A stretch of DNA of 63,543 nucleotides, the filler included. It is 4 parts of 4 records of this genome, joined end to end, with 100 filler letters (N's around TTAATTAATTAA, not from the genome) between each part and the next. Parts side by side here need not be neighbours in the genome. Positions count along the whole stretch, not along the records: positions 1 to 18,894 come from SRR31156797_331; 3 more parts are not named here. One strand, written 5' to 3'. The first letter of the stretch is position 1. The number at the start of each line of letters is the position of its first letter. The notes below the pieces were generated by a model. The model had not been told where the DNA came from. It made no database searches and saw only the letters and a program-made list of their open reading frames with translations. Of the stretch, positions 1 through 10,699 are shown in pieces. The position numbers and the translations under genes are program-made.

Positions 1-1
1 C

Positions 2-2824
2 TTCGATGGTGACCAAATGGCGGTACACGTGCCTCTAACTCTAGAAGCACAGCTAGAAGCTCGTACTCTGATGATGTCGACAAACAACATTCTGTCGCCA
101 GCGTCAGGTGATCCGATCATCGTACCTTCTCAGGACGTTGTATTGGGTCTGTACTACATGACTCGTGAGAAGATCAACGCGAAAGGTGAAGGCATGTACC
201 TTGCTGGCCCAGAAGAGGCTGAGAAGGCATACCGCACTAAGAGCGCTGAGCTACACGCACGCGTTAAAGTACGTATTACAGAAACCGTTGTTGACGAAGA
301 TGGTAACAGCACAACAGAAACTAAGATGGTAGATACTACTGTCGGCCGTGCAATGTTGTGGCAAATCGTACCTTCTGGTCTTCCTTACAGCATCGTTAAC
401 CAAAAACTAGGTAAGAAGCAAATCTCTAACTTACTTAACGAGGCATACCGTAAGCTAGGTCTGAAAGATACTGTAATCTTCGCTGACCAAATCATGTACG
501 CAGGTTTTGCATACGCGGCACTTTCTGGTGTATCTGTTGGTATCGACGATATGGTTGTACCGGCGGCTAAATACACTGAGATTTCAGAAGCTGAAGAAGA
601 AGTACGCGAAATTCAAGAACAGTTCCAATCTGGTCTTGTAACTGCGGGCGAACGCTACAACAAAGTGATCGATATTTGGGCATCAACCAACGATCGCGTA
701 GCGAAAGCGATGATGGAGAACCTATCTTCTGAAACAGTTGTTAACCGCGACGGTGAAGAAGAACAGCAAGAGTCATTCAACAGCATCTACATGATGGCTG
801 ACTCGGGTGCTCGTGGTTCTGCAGCTCAGATTCGTCAGCTAGCAGGTATGCGTGGTCTGATGGCTCGTCCAGATGGTTCAATCATCGAGACGCCGATCAC
901 TGCAAACTTTAAAGAAGGTCTAAACGTACTTCAGTACTTTATCTCAACGCACGGTGCTCGTAAGGGTCTTGCGGATACAGCATTGAAGACAGCGAACTCT
1001 GGTTACCTGACTCGTCGTCTAGTAGACGTTGCTCAAGACGTTGTAGTTTATGAGCACGACTGTGGCACCCATGAGGGTGTAGACATGATGCCTCACATCG
1101 AGGGTGGTGATGTTAAAGTTCCTCTAACTGAACTTGCTCTTGGTCGTGTTGTTGCTGAAGACATTCTGAAACCAGGAACGGAAGAAGTGCTTGTTCCTCG
1201 TAACACGCTTCTTGATGAGAAATGGTGTCAGATCTTGAACGACAACTCTGTTGACCAGATTAAAGTTCGTTCAGTAGTAACCTGTGACGCGGACTTCGGT
1301 TGTTGTGCACTATGTTACGGTCGTGACCTAGCTCGTGGTCACCTAGTGAACCAAGGTGAAGCAGTTGGAGTTATCGCTGCTCAGTCTATCGGTGAACCAG
1401 GTACACAGTTAACGATGCGTACGTTCCACATCGGTGGTGCCGCATCGACAGCAGCAGCTGAGAACAGCATCCAAGCTAAGAACACGGGTTCTGTTAAGCT
1501 ACACAATGCTAAATTCGTAATTAACAAAGATAAGAAGCTAGTGATCACTTCTCGTGCATCTGAGCTAACTATCATTGACGAATTTGGTCGTACGAAAGAG
1601 AAACACAAACTACCGTACGGTTCATTGCTAAGCAAAGGCGACAACGACGCAGTAGAAGCTGGTGAAGTTGTTGCTAACTGGGAAGCGCACACATTGCCAA
1701 TCATCACTGAAGTGGCAGGTCGCATCCAGTTCGTAGACATGATCGATGGCGTAACCGTTTCTCGTCAAACTGATGACCTAACAGGCTTGTCTTCAAGCGA
1801 AGTCACTGAACCAGCAGCTCGTCCGGCAGCAGGTAAAGATATGCGTCCAGCTATCAAACTTGTTGATGAGCAAGGTAAAGATGTAATGATTCCTGGTACT
1901 GATATGCCAGCTCAATACTTCCTACCTGGTAAAGCGATCGTTAACATCGAAGATGGCGCTGAAGTGAATGTGGGTGATACTCTTGCTCGTATTCCTCAGA
2001 AATCTGGTGGTAACAAAGATATCACCGGTGGTCTTCCACGCGTAGCTGACCTGTTCGAAGCTCGTAAGCCTAAAGAGCCTGCGATTCTTGCGGAACACAC
2101 TGGTACAGTATCGTTCGGTAAAGAGACCAAAGGTAAACGTCGTCTAGTAATCACTCGTGATAGCGGTGACGCTTACGAAGAGATGATTCCTAAGCATCGT
2201 CAGCTGAACGTATTTGAAGGTGAGCGTATCGAACGTGGTGACGTGATCGCAGATGGTCCTGAGTCTCCGCACGATATCTTACGTCTACGTGGTATCCATG
2301 CTGTAACTTCTTACATTGCTAACGAAGTTCAGGAAGTTTACCGTCTGCAAGGCGTTAAGATTAACGATAAGCACATCGAGACAATCGTTCGTCAGATGCT
2401 ACGTAAGTGTACAATTACTTTCGCAGGTGACTCTGAGTTCCTACCTGGTGAGCAAGTTGAATACTCACAAGTTAAGATTGCTAACCGTGCACTAGAAGCT
2501 GAAGGCAAAGAGCCTGCACGTTTCGAACGTGAACTTCTAGGTATCACGAAAGCGTCTCTAGCAACAGAATCGTTCATCTCTGCGGCATCGTTCCAAGAAA
2601 CGACGCGCGTACTGACTGAAGCAGCGGTATCTGGTAAGCGTGATGACCTACGTGGTCTGAAAGAGAACGTTATCGTTGGTCGTCTGATCCCTGCTGGTAC
2701 TGGTTTTGCGTACCACCAGGACCGTCAATCTCAGCGTGAAGCTCAGAAAGAAGGTCCTTCAGCAGAGCAAGCTAGTGACAACCTAGCTGCACTACTGAAT
2801 GCAGGTTTCTCTTCAGACGAGTAA
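2..2824 (+). CDS. rpoC: RNA polymerase beta' subunit, 5'-truncated by window edge
   Basis: Frame opens with FDGDQM (end of the NADFDGD catalytic motif) and contains [13 protein letters not shown] and SFQETTRVL. Confidence 0.99.
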   Translation, partial: FDGDQMAVHVPLTLEAQLEARTLMMSTNNILSPASGDPIIVPSQDVVLGLYYMTREKINAKGEGMYLAGPEEAEKAYRTKSAELHARVKVRITETVVDEDGNSTTETKMVDTTVGRAMLWQIVPSGLPYSIVNQKLGKKQISNLLNEAYRKLGLKDTVIFADQIMYAGFAYAALSGVSVGIDDMVVPAAKYTEISEAEEEVREIQEQFQSGLVTAGERYNKVIDIWASTNDRVAKAMMENLSSETVVNRDGEEEQQESFNSIYMMADSGARGSAAQIRQLAGMRGLMARPDGSIIETPITANFKEGLNVLQYFISTHGARKGLADTALKTANSGYLTRRLVDVAQDVVVYEHDCGTHEGVDMMPHIEGGDVKVPLTELALGRVVAEDILKPGTEEVLVPRNTLLDEKWCQILNDNSVDQIKVRSVVTCDADFGCCALCYGRDLARGHLVNQGEAVGVIAAQSIGEPGTQLTMRTFHIGGAASTAAAENSIQAKNTGSVKLHNAKFVINKDKKLVITSRASELTIIDEFGRTKEKHKLPYGSLLSKGDNDAVEAGEVVANWEAHTLPIITEVAGRIQFVDMIDGVTVSRQTDDLTGLSSSEVTEPAARPAAGKDMRPAIKLVDEQGKDVMIPGTDMPAQYFLPGKAIVNIEDGAEVNVGDTLARIPQKSGGNKDITGGLPRVADLFEARKPKEPAILAEHTGTVSFGKETKGKRRLVITRDSGDAYEEMIPKHRQLNVFEGERIERGDVIADGPESPHDILRLRGIHAVTSYIANEVQEVYRLQGVKINDKHIETIVRQMLRKCTITFAGDSEFLPGEQVEYSQVKIANRALEAEGKEPARFERELLGITKASLATESFISAASFQETTRVLTEAAVSGKRDDLRGLKENVIVGRLIPAGTGFAYHQDRQSQREAQKEGPSAEQASDNLAALLNAGFSSDE

Positions 2825-2840
2825 TCGCTTGATAAAAATG

Positions 2841-2868
2841 AAAAAAGGCACCGAAAGGTGCCTTTTTT
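2841..2868 (+). terminator. Intrinsic terminator after rpoC
   Basis: AAAAAAGGCACC-GAAA-GGTGCCTTTTTT. Confidence 0.9.
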
Positions 2869-3014
2869 ATTGCTTGAAATTTGTGTTTATGAGCATTCGT
2901 CATTTTGAAAATGCGCCGCATTTGTCCAGAATCTGGTTTCAGCGAGCGCAGCTTTTAGATTCCAGCCTTGGAATGACGGAAAAATAGTCATGACTAATAG
3001 GGTTAATAAGTATG

Positions 3015-3040
3015 AATTCCCACGCAGGGGCGTGGGAATT
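3015..3040 (-). terminator. Hairpin/terminator after rsd
   Basis: AATTCCCACGC-AGGG-GCGTGGGAATT inverted repeat 20 nt past the rsd stop. Confidence 0.6.
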
Positions 3041-3060
3041 AGAAGGTTTTAGCTGGTGGA

Positions 3061-3555
3061 TTAAGCACCAGGCGGAATCGACAAGCTATCGATGATGAGT
3101 TGAATTAAGTCGTCTTCAAGTTCAAATCGTGACTCTAATATCTCTCCCACTTGGGAAAGATCATTATCAAGCTCTTCTAGCTCGTCTTCTTCGCTGACCG
3201 TTGCGTAATTGTCGGTGAAGTTGAGCAGCGGGTCTGTTGTCTTGACGATTTCAGCATAAGCTTTATGAATGTCGTCAGTGATCTCAAAGCCGGTTGATTT
3301 CCACTTATTCATCACCATATCGTAGACTTTAAAATGGCCTTCAGAGATATAGTCCACCAGATCTTGGCAGAAGCATTGAAGTTCTTGAGGAGATGGAAGT
3401 TCAGAAAGAGCAGAATTAGAACTGCATGGTTGAAGAGCAGCAATCTTACAATATTCAACAACAACTTGTTGTCGTTTATCTAGCCAGTGGTCTATTACAT
3501 CACTGGAACCACCCCATTGTTCTTGGGATTTTTTGAATTTTTTTAACATGATCAT
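3061..3555 (-). CDS. rsd: Regulator of sigma D (Rsd/AlgQ family)
   Basis: WGGSSDVIDHWL, LVDYISEGHFKVY and RFELEDDLI motifs; divergent from nudC as in gammaproteobacteria. Confidence 0.95.
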   Translation of the reverse strand: MIMLKKFKKSQEQWGGSSDVIDHWLDKRQQVVVEYCKIAALQPCSSNSALSELPSPQELQCFCQDLVDYISEGHFKVYDMVMNKWKSTGFEITDDIHKAYAEIVKTTDPLLNFTDNYATVSEEDELEELDNDLSQVGEILESRFELEDDLIQLIIDSLSIPPGA

Positions 3556-3720
3556 GCCCTCAAGATCGATCTATCGTAGGATAGACTTTCTTTTGCACAT
3601 TAAAAGATGCAGCTTCTTGTCTTTATAACGTTTATTAATGTACAAACAAATCAAGACAAACTCTGGAATGAATTTAGATTGCCAGTAAAATGAACGAACT
3701 GCAAGCAAACAGGAGTTTGT

Positions 3721-4497
3721 ATGTTAAAAAATAGTGACCTCAAATCAGCTTATTGGTGTGTTGTTTCAGGAAGTGAACTTTGGACAATTGATGGTGGTTT
3801 ACCTTTTGGTACTGCTAAGCAGTTCGATCTTCCAATCAACTCTGCGATCGAAGTTGATCAGCTCAATGGACATCCTGTCTACTGGGTTAATTTTTCCGAT
3901 GTGGATCAAGATCTTGAACTGGCGTCTTTGAGAGATCTGCTGAGTTTTGATGAGGAGACGTTCCTTGCGGCAAGTCGGGCTGTCCAATATGGTCACATGA
4001 GCCAAACGCAGCGGTTTTGTCCTCAGTGTGGTGGCAGAACTTACCTCAACCATCGAGACATGGCGATGCAGTGTCATGATTGTCGTACTCTGCATTATCC
4101 GCGTATCTTCCCATGTATCATCGTAGCGGTACGTAAAGAACAGCAAATATTGCTTGCTCAGCATCCGAAGCATAAAAATGGTATGTACACAGTGATCGCT
4201 GGCTTCTTGGAAGTGGGTGAAACACTAGAGCAGTGTGTTGCTCGAGAAGTTCAGGAAGAGACTGGAATCAAGGTTACCAATATTCGTTATTTTGGTAGTC
4301 AGCCATGGGCATTTCCTTCGAGTATGATGATGGCATTCCTTGCTGACTATGAAAGTGGTGATGTTCGCCCAGATTATAGCGAACTGAGTGATGCTCGGTG
4401 GTTTGGGACTGATAAAATGCCTCCGGTTGCACCGAAAGGAACCATTGCCAGAGCATTGATTGATCATACCGTTGACGCAATTAATAGTGGTAGCTAA
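3721..4497 (+). CDS. nudC: NAD(+) diphosphatase/NADH pyrophosphatase
   Basis: CPQCG..CHDC zinc ribbon, Nudix box [31 protein letters not shown] signature. Confidence 0.97.
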   Translation: MLKNSDLKSAYWCVVSGSELWTIDGGLPFGTAKQFDLPINSAIEVDQLNGHPVYWVNFSDVDQDLELASLRDLLSFDEETFLAASRAVQYGHMSQTQRFCPQCGGRTYLNHRDMAMQCHDCRTLHYPRIFPCIIVAVRKEQQILLAQHPKHKNGMYTVIAGFLEVGETLEQCVAREVQEETGIKVTNIRYFGSQPWAFPSSMMMAFLADYESGDVRPDYSELSDARWFGTDKMPPVAPKGTIARALIDHTVDAINSGS

Positions 4498-4502
4498 TTC
4501 AA

Positions 4503-4602
4503 AAGATAAAAAAAACCCTCCGATAAGGGAGGGGGTAAGTAAGATGTCGTTATGAGATATCGAGTACTATGTACTCTGTTTATAATTGTAGTTTTCGCTA
4601 GC
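4503..4602 (-). ncRNA. Candidate small RNA between nudC and hemE
   Basis: Minus-strand terminator CCCTCC-CTTATC-GGAGGG-TTTTTTT with no ORF; TTGCGC-17/18 nt-TTAAAT/TAAATT promoter-like element about 100 nt upstream. Confidence 0.4.
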
Positions 4603-4754
4603 AACGAAATTTAAACACCGTTACACACTGTGCGCAAATTAAGCATTGATTTAAAAGTCAATAACTTGATCTAGGTTGCAAAGCACTCGTCTTTTAGGCA
4701 TAGATCAGTGTTAGAATACGCGCCAAATAATTAAGCCTGAAATTGGAAGACAGA

Positions 4755-5825
4755 ATGACAGAATTAAAGAACGACCGCTATCTTCGTGCTTTGCTCAAGC
4801 AACCTGTTGATTGCACACCTGTATGGATGATGCGTCAAGCCGGACGTTATCTACCAGAGTACCGTGCTACACGTGCAGAAGCGGGAGATTTTATGTCTCT
4901 ATGCAAAAATGCAGAGTTGGCTTCAGAAGTAACATTACAGCCACTGCGTCGTTTTCCTCTTGATGCTGCGATTCTGTTCTCAGATATTCTGACGATCCCT
5001 GATGCGATGGGGTTGGACTTACGTTTTGCAGCAGGTGAAGGCCCTATTTTTGATCGTCCTATTACCTGCAAAGCCGACGTAGATAAAATTGGTCTGCCGG
5101 ATCCAGAAGGTGAGCTTCAGTATGTCATGAATGCGGTTCGTCAAATTCGTAAAGATCTTAAGGGCGAAGTACCTCTGATTGGTTTTTCTGGCAGTCCTTG
5201 GACCTTAGCGACTTACATGGTTGAAGGTGGCAGTTCGAAAGCGTTCACGAAAATCAAAAAGATGATGTACGCGGAACCGGCAACATTGCACGCTTTGTTG
5301 GACAAGCTTGCCGACAGTGTTATCGAGTATTTAAATGCACAAATTAAAGCAGGTGCTCAATCTGTGATGGTATTTGATACTTGGGGTGGTGTTTTAACTC
5401 CTCGCGACTACAACCTGTTCTCACTGCAGTACATGCATAAGATCGTCGACGGTTTGATTCGTGAAAACGAAGGCCGACGTGTTCCTGTTACGCTTTTCAC
5501 TAAAAATGGCGGCATGTGGTTAGAAAGCATTGCAGCAACGGGTTGTGATGCTGTAGGTCTTGACTGGACGATTAATATTGCTGACGCAAAAGCACGTATT
5601 GGCGATAAAGTTGCACTGCAAGGTAATATGGACCCTTCAATGCTTTACGCGCAGCCTGAACGTATTCGTGAAGAAGTTTCTACTATTCTGGAAGGTTTTG
5701 GCCATGGTGGTACAGGTCATGTATTCAACTTGGGCCATGGTATTCACTTAGATGTTCCACCTGAAAATGCAGGCGTGTTCGTCAATGCGGTTCACGAACT
5801 GTCTAAGCCTTACCATCAGAAATAA
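4755..5825 (+). CDS. hemE: Uroporphyrinogen decarboxylase
   Basis: [15 protein letters not shown] and VFNLGHG signatures; ATG at 4755 preferred. Confidence 0.98.
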   Translation: MTELKNDRYLRALLKQPVDCTPVWMMRQAGRYLPEYRATRAEAGDFMSLCKNAELASEVTLQPLRRFPLDAAILFSDILTIPDAMGLDLRFAAGEGPIFDRPITCKADVDKIGLPDPEGELQYVMNAVRQIRKDLKGEVPLIGFSGSPWTLATYMVEGGSSKAFTKIKKMMYAEPATLHALLDKLADSVIEYLNAQIKAGAQSVMVFDTWGGVLTPRDYNLFSLQYMHKIVDGLIRENEGRRVPVTLFTKNGGMWLESIAATGCDAVGLDWTINIADAKARIGDKVALQGNMDPSMLYAQPERIREEVSTILEGFGHGGTGHVFNLGHGIHLDVPPENAGVFVNAVHELSKPYHQK

Positions 5826-5834
5826 TTAGTACTT

Positions 5835-5861
5835 AAGCGCTCGTTTTTGAGCGCTTTTTTT
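5835..5861 (+). terminator. Intrinsic terminator after hemE
   Basis: AAGCGCTC-GTTTTT-GAGCGCTT followed by a T run. Confidence 0.85.
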
Positions 5862-5919
5862 ACGTATTTAGTTTAGCTGTCTTATACTGCTGATAAGTAG
5901 AAAGGAAAGTGACGAATTA

Positions 5920-6555
5920 ATGAAAACAAGAGACAGAATTGTTCATGCGGCATTAGAGCTGTTTAATGAGAATGGCGAACGCTCCATCACAACCAACCAC
6001 ATTGCAGCACATATCGAGATCAGTCCGGGGAATCTCTATTATCACTTTCGTAATAAACAAGAAATTGTGAGAGAGATTTTTGCCCTGTATTCAAAAGAGT
6101 TGATCGAACGTTTCACTCCTTTGCAAGGCCAGTATGAAAGCCTAACTCTATTGAAGCATTACTTAGACTCTACTTTCAGCTTAATGTGGAAGTATCGTTT
6201 TTTTTACGCCAACTTACCTGAGATTCTTCAGCGAGATGAACAGCTGCATGAAGAGTACATTCAAGTACAAGAAAAGCTGCAAGCGAACTTGGTTAACATC
6301 ATGCAGGCTTTTGTCGATATGGAATTGTTGGACCTTGACGAGAAAAACCTTAAATCATTGGTCACATCTCTGCACCTGACGGCATCCAGCTGGTTAGCTT
6401 ATCGCTCAGCCATGTCGAAGAAAGCCCAAATCACTGAAGAAGTGATTCATCAAGGCATGTTGCAAATGATATCGATCGTTAAACCTTGTGCAACGGCTCA
6501 GGGGTATGAGCAACTTCAGCTGTTAGAAGAAGGTGTTCGAGCAATGCACGCCTAG
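5920..6555 (+). CDS. TetR/AcrR family transcriptional regulator
   Basis: N-terminal HTH TTNHIAAHIEISPGNLYYHFRNK. Confidence 0.93.
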   Translation: MKTRDRIVHAALELFNENGERSITTNHIAAHIEISPGNLYYHFRNKQEIVREIFALYSKELIERFTPLQGQYESLTLLKHYLDSTFSLMWKYRFFYANLPEILQRDEQLHEEYIQVQEKLQANLVNIMQAFVDMELLDLDEKNLKSLVTSLHLTASSWLAYRSAMSKKAQITEEVIHQGMLQMISIVKPCATAQGYEQLQLLEEGVRAMHA

Positions 6556-6656
6556 TACCAACTTACATTGGTGATGAGATATAACCTTTCAATCTTGTCG
6601 CCAGCGGTTTAACGCTGTTAGTTTAAGGGAAAGATGACCCAGGGACTATTAGCGTA

Positions 6657-7613
6657 ATGCATTATGATATTTTCAACGGTGATGCCGATGGCATCATCTC
6701 TCTTCTTCAGTTAAGGCTTTCTCATCCTCGAGATAGCCAGCTTGTTACCGGTGTAAAGCGTGATATCCAGCTATTAGACAAGTTGAAAGTTGAACCGTCA
6801 GATACTTTGACTGTGCTTGATATATCGATGCAAAAGAATCTTTCTGCTTTAAATCGTATATTGGCAACCGGAGCTAAAGTCTTTTACGCCGACCATCATC
6901 AGGCAGGCGATATTCCTGTACATATTAATCTGGAAGCTCGTATCGATCTGGATGCCAATATGTGTACTGCTTTAATCATCGATCAACTGTTGGAAGGTCA
7001 ATATCGTCCATGGGCGATAAGTGCGGCTTACGGAGATAATCTTTTTGCTGTTGCAGACAGAATGTGTGAGGAATTTGGGTTAAGCGCAGAACAAGCCAAT
7101 CAGTTAAAGGAACTCGGTACACTCATTAATTACAATGGCTATGGAAAGTCGCTGAAACAACTTCATTTTCATCCCGCAGAACTTTATCAGCAGCTGTTAA
7201 AATATCCCTCTCCATTTGATGCCATCTCGGATACGACTTCGCCATACTACGCGCTAAAACAAGCGTATGAAGAAGATATTGAAGCGGCAACGAGTTTGCC
7301 TGCGCTCTATGAGAGTACAGCTTTGAAGGTATTCTTGTTGCCCGATGAAGACTTTTCTCATCGAGTGAGTGGTGTTTATGGCAACTTATTGGCCAATCAA
7401 TCACCTTGGCTCGCTCATATAGTTCTCACTTCTATAGATAGTGAAACCTATACCGTTTCTCTAAGAGCGCCTTTAGACAATAAACAAGGCGCGGGAAACC
7501 TGTGCGGTCAGTTTGAAACCGGAGGCGGAAGGGAGGCGGCTGGTGGTATCAATAAGCTTCCAAAAGAGCAATTGGATAGGTTCATTTCTGTGGTTGAAAG
7601 TTACTATCGCTAA
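6657..7613 (+). CDS. DHH-family phosphoesterase-like protein
   Basis: GDADG, LDIS and DHH motifs plus C-terminal SLRA..GGGREAAGG (DHHA1-like). Confidence 0.8.
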   Translation: MHYDIFNGDADGIISLLQLRLSHPRDSQLVTGVKRDIQLLDKLKVEPSDTLTVLDISMQKNLSALNRILATGAKVFYADHHQAGDIPVHINLEARIDLDANMCTALIIDQLLEGQYRPWAISAAYGDNLFAVADRMCEEFGLSAEQANQLKELGTLINYNGYGKSLKQLHFHPAELYQQLLKYPSPFDAISDTTSPYYALKQAYEEDIEAATSLPALYESTALKVFLLPDEDFSHRVSGVYGNLLANQSPWLAHIVLTSIDSETYTVSLRAPLDNKQGAGNLCGQFETGGGREAAGGINKLPKEQLDRFISVVESYYR

Positions 7614-7621
7614 TGGATGAA

Positions 7622-7641
7622 GGAGGTGAAACCTCACCTCC
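7622..7641. terminator. Hairpin between convergent genes
   Basis: GGAGGTGA-AACC-TCACCTCC. Confidence 0.6.
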
Positions 7642-7646
7642 GGAAC

Positions 7647-9206
7647 TTATGCCACGTCACTTAAAGAGTGAAGCTGATGAACTTGTGGAAGCGTAAAGTA
7701 TTCGGTTTGGCTATGTAACTGAGCGAGCTCTTCAAAATTATCTATCAGTAGTTGGGTAAGCTCAGGATCAAAGTGTTTGCCTTTCTGGTCGCTGAACTCT
7801 TGCCGAACTTCTTCTTTCGCCCATGCATTTTTATATGGCCGCTTACTTAATAAGGCATCGAACACATCAGCAATGGCAACAATACGGGCAAAAATGTGAA
7901 TATCTTCACCGGACTTACCACAAGGGTAACCATTCCCGTCCCATTTTTCGTGATGCTCATGGGCAATGATAGAAGCCATTTGCATTAAGTAAGAATCACT
8001 GCCTTGCAATAAGTCTCGTCCCACCTCAGAGTGTGTTTTAACGATATCAAACTCTTGTTTTGTTAGCCTTCCCGGTTTATTTAAAATGGCGTCAGGTACC
8101 GCGATTTTTCCCACATCATGCAGCGGGGTTGCGGTGTATATCGTCGTCACATCTTCATCGCTTAAACCGTGCAGCATCGCAAGTTTACTTGCTACGCAAG
8201 CCACGCGACGTACGTGGAGCCCGGTTTCATCGGAGCGCTTTTCTAAAATGTCCCCAAGAACCTGTATGATTTCCTGTTTCTCAGCAAAGCGTTTCTGTCT
8301 TTCGGCTGCTAGCTGGTTTTCATAAGCCGTTAACGCTGAGATGTCTCTTAGCATGATGATAATGGAATCATGTTCGTCACGATAACGCACCATGCCCTTG
8401 TACTTATAGAAGTACAGTTCATAGGGCGTATTATTAATATTAACGACGTTGAATAAGTGTTTATCCGTTTTGTTTGACTGACTGATTTTATTGAAGTCAG
8501 GGATCAGTTCGTTAAGATTGAATCCTTTATCATCTAAGTTCACATCCCAGTAATTTTGGTCATCCGCATGAAAAGAGTGACCCGATAAAATTTTGTGACC
8601 TAACCCATTGGCATGACGGATGTTGCCTAGATTGTCGATCCCAAACAGAGGCTGATCGATGCTTTCAATGATAGATAGCAGTTGGTTCTTGTGGGTTAGT
8701 ACTTCTAGGTGGCTTTGTTTGACCTCCTGAAGTTCCGTGTCTGAATTTGAAGAAAGCTTCTGATATTCGTAACACGTTATGATTTCACCACGATCAAAGT
8801 AGCCACTAATTATCCCGACGAGCTTTTGATGCTCTTCTAGACTGGTATCCAGTTCTGTCACTAAATCGATATAGACTTGGCGGTAGTGTTTTAGTAGCCC
8901 TACGTACATATAAAGTTCGATGGCTCTCTTTTGATGAACGATCGCTCTTTCTCGGAAATATCCAGTGATAGCTTCGTTCCAATCATCACACTCGATACGA
9001 ATATTAGGATCAAATGTATCGACGTCGATGGTTGAGAATAGGTTTAGTAGTCCACCAGAGACGCCAACAATCGATTCTCGCCAAGTTGCGGTAGTATTCG
9101 AGGTATACGCAATGTAGCCGTACTTTGTCCCTAAATTAATAACATTGTCCGTTAAAGTGTCAGTACTGGCATTTATCAATATTTGTGCTTTTTCAGTAAG
9201 AGACAT
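7647..9206 (-). CDS. HD-GYP cyclic-dinucleotide phosphodiesterase with PAS-like and helical N-terminal domains
   Basis: ETGLHVRRV, HDVGK, HHEKWDGNGYP, ADVFDAL and RPYK motifs. Confidence 0.9.
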   Translation of the reverse strand: MSLTEKAQILINASTDTLTDNVINLGTKYGYIAYTSNTTATWRESIVGVSGGLLNLFSTIDVDTFDPNIRIECDDWNEAITGYFRERAIVHQKRAIELYMYVGLLKHYRQVYIDLVTELDTSLEEHQKLVGIISGYFDRGEIITCYEYQKLSSNSDTELQEVKQSHLEVLTHKNQLLSIIESIDQPLFGIDNLGNIRHANGLGHKILSGHSFHADDQNYWDVNLDDKGFNLNELIPDFNKISQSNKTDKHLFNVVNINNTPYELYFYKYKGMVRYRDEHDSIIIMLRDISALTAYENQLAAERQKRFAEKQEIIQVLGDILEKRSDETGLHVRRVACVASKLAMLHGLSDEDVTTIYTATPLHDVGKIAVPDAILNKPGRLTKQEFDIVKTHSEVGRDLLQGSDSYLMQMASIIAHEHHEKWDGNGYPCGKSGEDIHIFARIVAIADVFDALLSKRPYKNAWAKEEVRQEFSDQKGKHFDPELTQLLIDNFEELAQLHSQTEYFTLPQVHQLHSLSDVA

Positions 9207-9395
9207 ATCAGTGATTGGTTAATGAATAGACGTGTTGATTTTATCTTGTTTGTGGTTGGATTTTGATCCAACTCGAACAGATAAGCGTTATCTGACACTG
9301 ATTTGGCCTTTGACTTATTCTGTTTGGTTTACAACTCAGGTCAAGGCTTATGAATAGTGGGGTGTTGATTGGTTATAAGTATGAGTAGAAGGTGC

Positions 9396-10535
9396 TTAGT
9401 TTAACCAACGACGGGGATTTTCAGCCTTACTGTTGCGCCGAACTTCGAAATATAAGCTTGGGCGAGATTGACCACCAGTGTCACCCGCTAACGCAATGGT
9501 TTCACCAGCTGTCACTTTGTCACCTTCTTTTTTCATCAATGATTGATTAAATCCGTACAGGGTCATGTCGCCTTTGCCGTGGTCGAGTAATACAACTAAC
9601 CCATAGCCACGTAAATATTCAGCAAAAACCACAGTACCGGGATAAACCGCTTTGACCGCTTGGCCGTAATTGGCCGAAATGACGACGCCTTTCCAGTCGA
9701 TTTGTCCGGTTTGGCGTTCCCCAAAATTGTGTAACACCGAGCCTTTAATTGGCCAAGGAAGCTTGCCTCGCTGGCGGCTGATCCCATCCATCGGTACGGC
9801 ATTACGTTTAGCTGCTTTAGCGATCTCTGCTTTTAGGCGAGTTTCGTTGCGTTGCAGTTCGGCGAGGTAGACTTTATCTCCAGAAATACTCTTCTGAATT
9901 TTGTTAACCGTCCCTTTTCTCGCGTTCTGCGTTTTAGCCAACTTATCACGCTTCTGGGTTTGTTGTTCCAGAAGTGAAGTGATTTGGTCGCGCTCTAATT
10001 GCAGCTGTCTTTCATTGGCGGCTAACTCTTCGCGAGTGTTTTGCAGAGCCTGAATAGTCTCACTACGTGCTTTGGCTAAATGCTGGAAATATTGGCTAAT
10101 GCGATCTTCTTCGACATCATTGTTGAGGAGGCTACCGTTGGTATTGGCATTCTTCGTGATGTAATAGGTTTTAATGAGCTGTTTGAGTTTCGTTGCTTGT
10201 TGTTCGCGTTGGCTTTCCAACGCTTTGACTTTGACTTGCAGCTTACCGATATTACTGTTGGCTGTAGCAAGTTCGTTTTTGGTCTGCTTAATTTGTCTCT
10301 CTAAAGTCGAAATATTGAGCTCTTGTTGCTTGAGAGAGTTTTGTAATTGGTCGAGCTGCTTTTGTTGCTTGGTGAGTTCTTGTTTCTGGCGAGATATTTC
10401 ACCGGACACACCTTTCAGCTCTTGCTGCGAAGCCGCAAACACGTTTGAAACTGACAATAGCGAGACGCAAAAACATAACGTCGCCATGATATGGGCGATA
10501 CTGAATTGTGATTTGCTGCGTAACGTGATTGTCAT
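9396..10535 (-). CDS. envC: Murein hydrolase activator EnvC (coiled coil + degenerate M23)
   Basis: Signal peptide, long coiled coil, WKGVVI..LYFEVRR; adjacent to gpmI. Confidence 0.93.
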   Translation of the reverse strand: MTITLRSKSQFSIAHIMATLCFCVSLLSVSNVFAASQQELKGVSGEISRQKQELTKQQKQLDQLQNSLKQQELNISTLERQIKQTKNELATANSNIGKLQVKVKALESQREQQATKLKQLIKTYYITKNANTNGSLLNNDVEEDRISQYFQHLAKARSETIQALQNTREELAANERQLQLERDQITSLLEQQTQKRDKLAKTQNARKGTVNKIQKSISGDKVYLAELQRNETRLKAEIAKAAKRNAVPMDGISRQRGKLPWPIKGSVLHNFGERQTGQIDWKGVVISANYGQAVKAVYPGTVVFAEYLRGYGLVVLLDHGKGDMTLYGFNQSLMKKEGDKVTAGETIALAGDTGGQSRPSLYFEVRRNSKAENPRRWLN

Positions 10536-10653
10536 GTAAGGAAAATGTTCGCTAATATATTCAATAGGTAATCAGGGTAACCAGTATACTCAAAGAGTGG
10601 CATGAGGCGAGAGCCGAATGCAAAAAGTTTGTCATTCTACTCGATACAGGTAC

Positions 10654-10680
10654 AAAAAAGCCCCGACAAAGTCAGGGCTC
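10654..10680 (-). terminator. Terminator after gpmI
   Basis: AAAAAAGCCCCGAC-AAA-GTCAGGGCT on + strand (hairpin then U run on -). Confidence 0.7.
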
Positions 10681-10699
10681 AATAGTGCTTTATAACCGA

